Below are positions 60,947-64,000 of a stretch of 64,000 nucleotides of DNA, piece after piece (positions within the stretch are counted from its first letter, which is position 1; each line of letters opens with the position of its first letter). The position numbers and the translations under genes were made by a program. The notes beneath the pieces are model-generated. The model had not been told where the DNA came from. It ran no database searches and saw nothing but the letters and a program-made list of their open reading frames with translations. Source of the stretch: Candidatus Latescibacterota bacterium (lineage in GTDB: Bacteria; Latescibacterota; UBA2968; GCA-2709665); assembly GCA_963667175.2 (NCBI GenBank), contig CAXXXF010000003.1, forward strand, positions 256,001-320,000, in the 5' to 3' direction.

Positions 60947-61711
60947 ATGTCACCCAAGCCCCTTGCAGACCTTCTGGACCTGTCCGGACAGGTCGCAATC
61001 GTCACCGGCGCCAGCCGGGGCATCGGAAAGAGCATTGCCGAGGTCTTTCACCAGGCGGGCGCCGGGCTCATGCTGGTCGCGCGCAATGCCGGCCCTTTGC
61101 AGACGGTCGCCGATGCGCTATCCGGGCGGGGCGACGTGCTCGCGGCGCCGGCCGACGTTGCGGTCGAGGCGCAGGTCAACGCCTTCGTACAAAAGACTGT
61201 CGATGCCTTCGGGCGCGTTGATATCCTGGTCAATAACGCCGGCGTATCCAGCCCGGGGCCCTATACCGGCGTCGACCATGCCGAGTGGCAGCGGGTGATC
61301 GGCGCCAATCTCACCGGCGCGTACCTCTGCTGCCTGGCGGCGGCGCCCCACATGGAAGCACAGAAGAGCGGCCGGATCATCAACGTTTCCTCCATCAGCG
61401 GCCAGACCGGGGGCGTCGCGGGCGGGGTCCACTATGGAAGTTCGAAGGCCGGCATGCTGGGTATGACCAAAACCCTGTCGCGCGACCTGGCATCGAGCAA
61501 CGTCACCGTCAACGCCATTACCCCGGGGGTGATTGAAACCAGCATGCAAATCCCTCCCGAGACCCGCAGCCGAATCAACGAACTCATTCCGCTGGGGTAC
61601 GTCGGCCAACCCGAGGAAATTGCCTACGCCGCCCTCTTCCTGGCCTCGCGGATGGGCGCATACATCACCGGCGCCACGATCGACGTGAACGGCGGGATTT
61701 TGAAAAGATAA
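60947..61711 (+). CDS. Short-chain dehydrogenase/reductase (FabG-like)
   Basis: TGASRGIG, LVNNAG, YGSSK, PG.I.T. Confidence 0.93.
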   Translation: MSPKPLADLLDLSGQVAIVTGASRGIGKSIAEVFHQAGAGLMLVARNAGPLQTVADALSGRGDVLAAPADVAVEAQVNAFVQKTVDAFGRVDILVNNAGVSSPGPYTGVDHAEWQRVIGANLTGAYLCCLAAAPHMEAQKSGRIINVSSISGQTGGVAGGVHYGSSKAGMLGMTKTLSRDLASSNVTVNAITPGVIETSMQIPPETRSRINELIPLGYVGQPEEIAYAALFLASRMGAYITGATIDVNGGILKR

Positions 61712-61883
61712 AGGCAGCGGTCAGCGATCAGCATTCAGCTACAAACCAAAACCAATCCAGTTGACGGCAGCGCCGTGAAGTGGCAGGGCCAGAAGGACGC
61801 AGACCTCTCCCCCCGGCCTGCCTGCCGGCAGGCAGGCCCCCTCTCCCGGAGGGAAAGGGGGAGGAAGAACAAAGGAGAATGAT

Positions 61884-63074
61884 ATGACAGTTCGTAAGGA
61901 TGAATGGAAGCCAGGTCCTGAAACGATTGAATCGCTGTCCTCGCTGATCCGGTCGAAACCCGAGGAAGTGCGGTGGACCGAAATCGGATGGGAGATAGAT
62001 CTCTGGACGGCACGGCGTCGCGCGGCCGCGGTGAACAGACCGATGTTCATCTGGGCGATGAACGGCAACCCGCTCGGCTGCGTCTGAAACAACGGCATCG
62101 CGGGCCGTGAGTCCGTTTTCTCCCATCCCGACATCATCCGGATCCTCAACGATTCGTATGTTTCCGTCGCGGACAACTGCAGCTATACCCAGACGCAGAA
62201 AGACGCCAAGGGCGAATTTTTCCGCCTCGTGGCGGAACAGGGTCATTACGGCGGGCGCACCGAACCCACGGCCACCCGCCAGGGCCTGTACGCGTGTACC
62301 TCGGACGGCGAGTTGCTGGGGTCCATCAACACGCGGGATGCCGCCCCCCTCCTGGAACTGCTCGAGCAGAGCCTGGAGAGGTGGCGCAAGCGCCCGGCCT
62401 GGGGCGCGTCCGACGATATTCCCGAATCCTATCCCATCGATCCCGGACTCGGATGGTCCTATCCGGACAACGGCCTGGCGCTCAAAGTCACGGTCCGGGA
62501 CCTCCCGCGGAATTCCGATGGTCTGGACGCGCGGCACAACATCGACTTCGCATGGTTTACGGAAGAAGAGGTTCGGGCTCTGGTACCCGGGAACGCCCGG
62601 CCCGGGCAGACCTGGCGCGCGCCGGATTTCTTCACCAAACGCCTCGCCCTGCGCCATTTCATCGACACGGTCCGCGGCCAATCGCCGGGATGGCGGGAAG
62701 CCAACCTGAAGGTAGGAGAGTTCCGGATGACCGTCGAGTCCGCCGAAGCCGGCCTCATCCGGCTCCGCATGGAAGGACGCATCCACCTCGAAGCCGAACC
62801 CACGTATGAAACCAATCCCTTCAGCAAGCTTACGGTGGACAAGCCACGGGGTCTGAACCTGACCCTCTACGGCATTCTCGCGTTCGATTCCCGGCGGCGG
62901 ACGGTCGAATCCTTCGACGCCGTCGCGACGGGCGACCGCTGGGGATATACCACCTACAACGTGCGCTTCGACGATCCCGGCCCCGCGCCCATCGGTTTCG
63001 CCTTCGAGCGCGCGTCGGACGATCCCATCGAACGCACCCCTCCCGCCTCCATCGGGCGGAATTACTTCGCCTGA
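61884..63074 (+). CDS. Probable selenoprotein with thioredoxin-like N-terminal domain (C-x-U; TGA 62085-62087 read as Sec)
   Basis: AAGGAG RBS; ORFs 61884-62087 and 62229-63074 are in frame with no other stop; reads ...IWAMNGNPLGCV[U]NNGIAGRESVFSHPDIIRILNDSYVSV... Confidence 0.8.
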
Positions 63075-63105
63075 CGCGTCATCCTCAAAACACGTACAGC
63101 AAAAC

Positions 63106-63146
63106 ACGCCCCCGCAACGGATTGTCGACACGTTGCGGGGGCGTTT
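63106..63146 (+). terminator. Strong hairpin downstream of the selenoprotein gene
   Basis: 14-bp perfect stem ACGCCCCCGCAACG / CGTTGCGGGGGCGT followed by a short U-tract. Confidence 0.7.
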
Positions 63147-63485
63147 GTGAAGGTGGGGCCTGCCTGCGCCAAGCGGAGCGCGGCAGGCGTGCAAACGGAC
63201 CGGCCGCTTCCTTCGTTGCGGCTCACAAATAAAACACCTTTACAGGCCATGTTGTCACAGCATCGTCACGCATAGACGTGTATATTTGACTCGACGTATT
63301 TGAGCGAAATTGGTCGGAAATATCCGCAAGAACGCAGACGTCGGGAGGAGATGATTCTTCGGCTCACCGGACGTGGACGGAAGAACACTGCAATTCAATG
63401 GAAGGAATATCTGTTTTCATCCGGCTTAGCTATGCTTTGGACCGTGTATTTCTGACGAATTGAGGCGAAAACGGAGGAGAAAAAT

Positions 63486-64000
63486 ATGTCTGTCAAGAGA
63501 TTGATAATAATAACGCGACCGCTTGTGACAATTGCCACGATATTATTTTATCTTGCGATTAGAAGTAGCTTGAGTTGGACTGAAGTAGGAATAATCGTGA
63601 TCGGCGCAATTATCCTCATACCTCTAAATTACCTAACATATTCAGGACGTACAGTTGCCGCAGGTGGGACTGGTTCTGAAGGGAGACTCGTTTCTGAAAA
63701 GAGAGTCGCCACAGTGCCTGTGGGTTCAATCACGATGCTTTTTGTGCTTGCATTTGGTGGCTGGTTAGATCACTTTCGAGGTATTATCTTAGGTTTTATA
63801 GTCGGGCTTATTATTGCACGGATTTTCGCCGGAATGTGTTTTCGCAGTTTGAAGAAAGATCAGGCTGTTCTACTTGATTTTATACGTACGAAAACAAACG
63901 TAGACGAGGCAGATATAACGGCCAATTCATATCTCGGTTGGAGCGGGAGAATATACCTCAGGGTCACGCTTTTAAATCAAACCTTGCGTACTTATCACCA
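63486..64000 (+). CDS. Low-GC hypothetical membrane protein (partial, runs off window)
   Basis: GGAGGA RBS; ATG 63486 open to the window end: MSVKRLIIITRPLVTIATIIFYLAIR...; about 4 hydrophobic segments. Confidence 0.7.
   Translation, partial: MSVKRLIIITRPLVTIATILFYLAIRSSLSWTEVGIIVIGAIILIPLNYLTYSGRTVAAGGTGSEGRLVSEKRVATVPVGSITMLFVLAFGGWLDHFRGIILGFIVGLIIARIFAGMCFRSLKKDQAVLLDFIRTKTNVDEADITANSYLGWSGRIYLRVTLLNQTLRTYH

Noticed and set aside
63351-63455. 34-codon ORF after GGAGGAG
   Set aside because: The SD-like sequence abuts the ATG with no spacer and there is no other support.

Overview
GC-rich bacterial window. The gene content (GWxTD/TPR proteins, FlgD-Ig/T9SS-type C-terminal sorting domain, DUF6785-like membrane protein, dockerin-like EF-hand pairs) suggests an FCB-group organism such as Latescibacterota or Gemmatimonadota; this is an inference. 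The centre (about 12.4-42.7 kb) holds a tandem array of seven large secreted proteins. Six share a near-identical N-terminus (signal peptide plus dockerin-like duplicated Ca-binding repeat, usually followed by an IPT/TIG domain and a hydrophobic helical region), a shared DNA junction around the TAG stop, and a shared upstream block. Their C-terminal modules are interchangeable (PD40/TolB-like propellers, NHL-like 'GITYANNRFYV' propellers, CARDB, PKD). The palindrome TGTCGCA-N3-TGCGACA in that upstream block also precedes a cohesin-like+FlgD-Ig gene and an outer-membrane beta-barrel gene. This suggests a co-regulated cohesin-dockerin 'plug-in' surface display system with a diversifying propeller repertoire. 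Near the right end, an in-frame TGA in a C-x-U context joins two ORFs into a probable unannotated thioredoxin-like selenoprotein (61884-63074). Intergenic DNA is filled with REP-like palindromes, some nested inside each other, and heptamer tandem repeats. Flanking genes: uxuA 3' end, nitrilase, four GWxTD/TPR proteins, an enolase-superfamily enzyme, a YtrA-type GntR-ABC operon, a large GNAT, ECF sigma/anti-sigma, PhyH-HEAT, a beta-helix lipoprotein, YtoQ, parE/parC, an SDR and a low-GC membrane ORF running off the end. No rRNA, tRNA, CRISPR array, transposase, integrase or reverse transcriptase was recognised.
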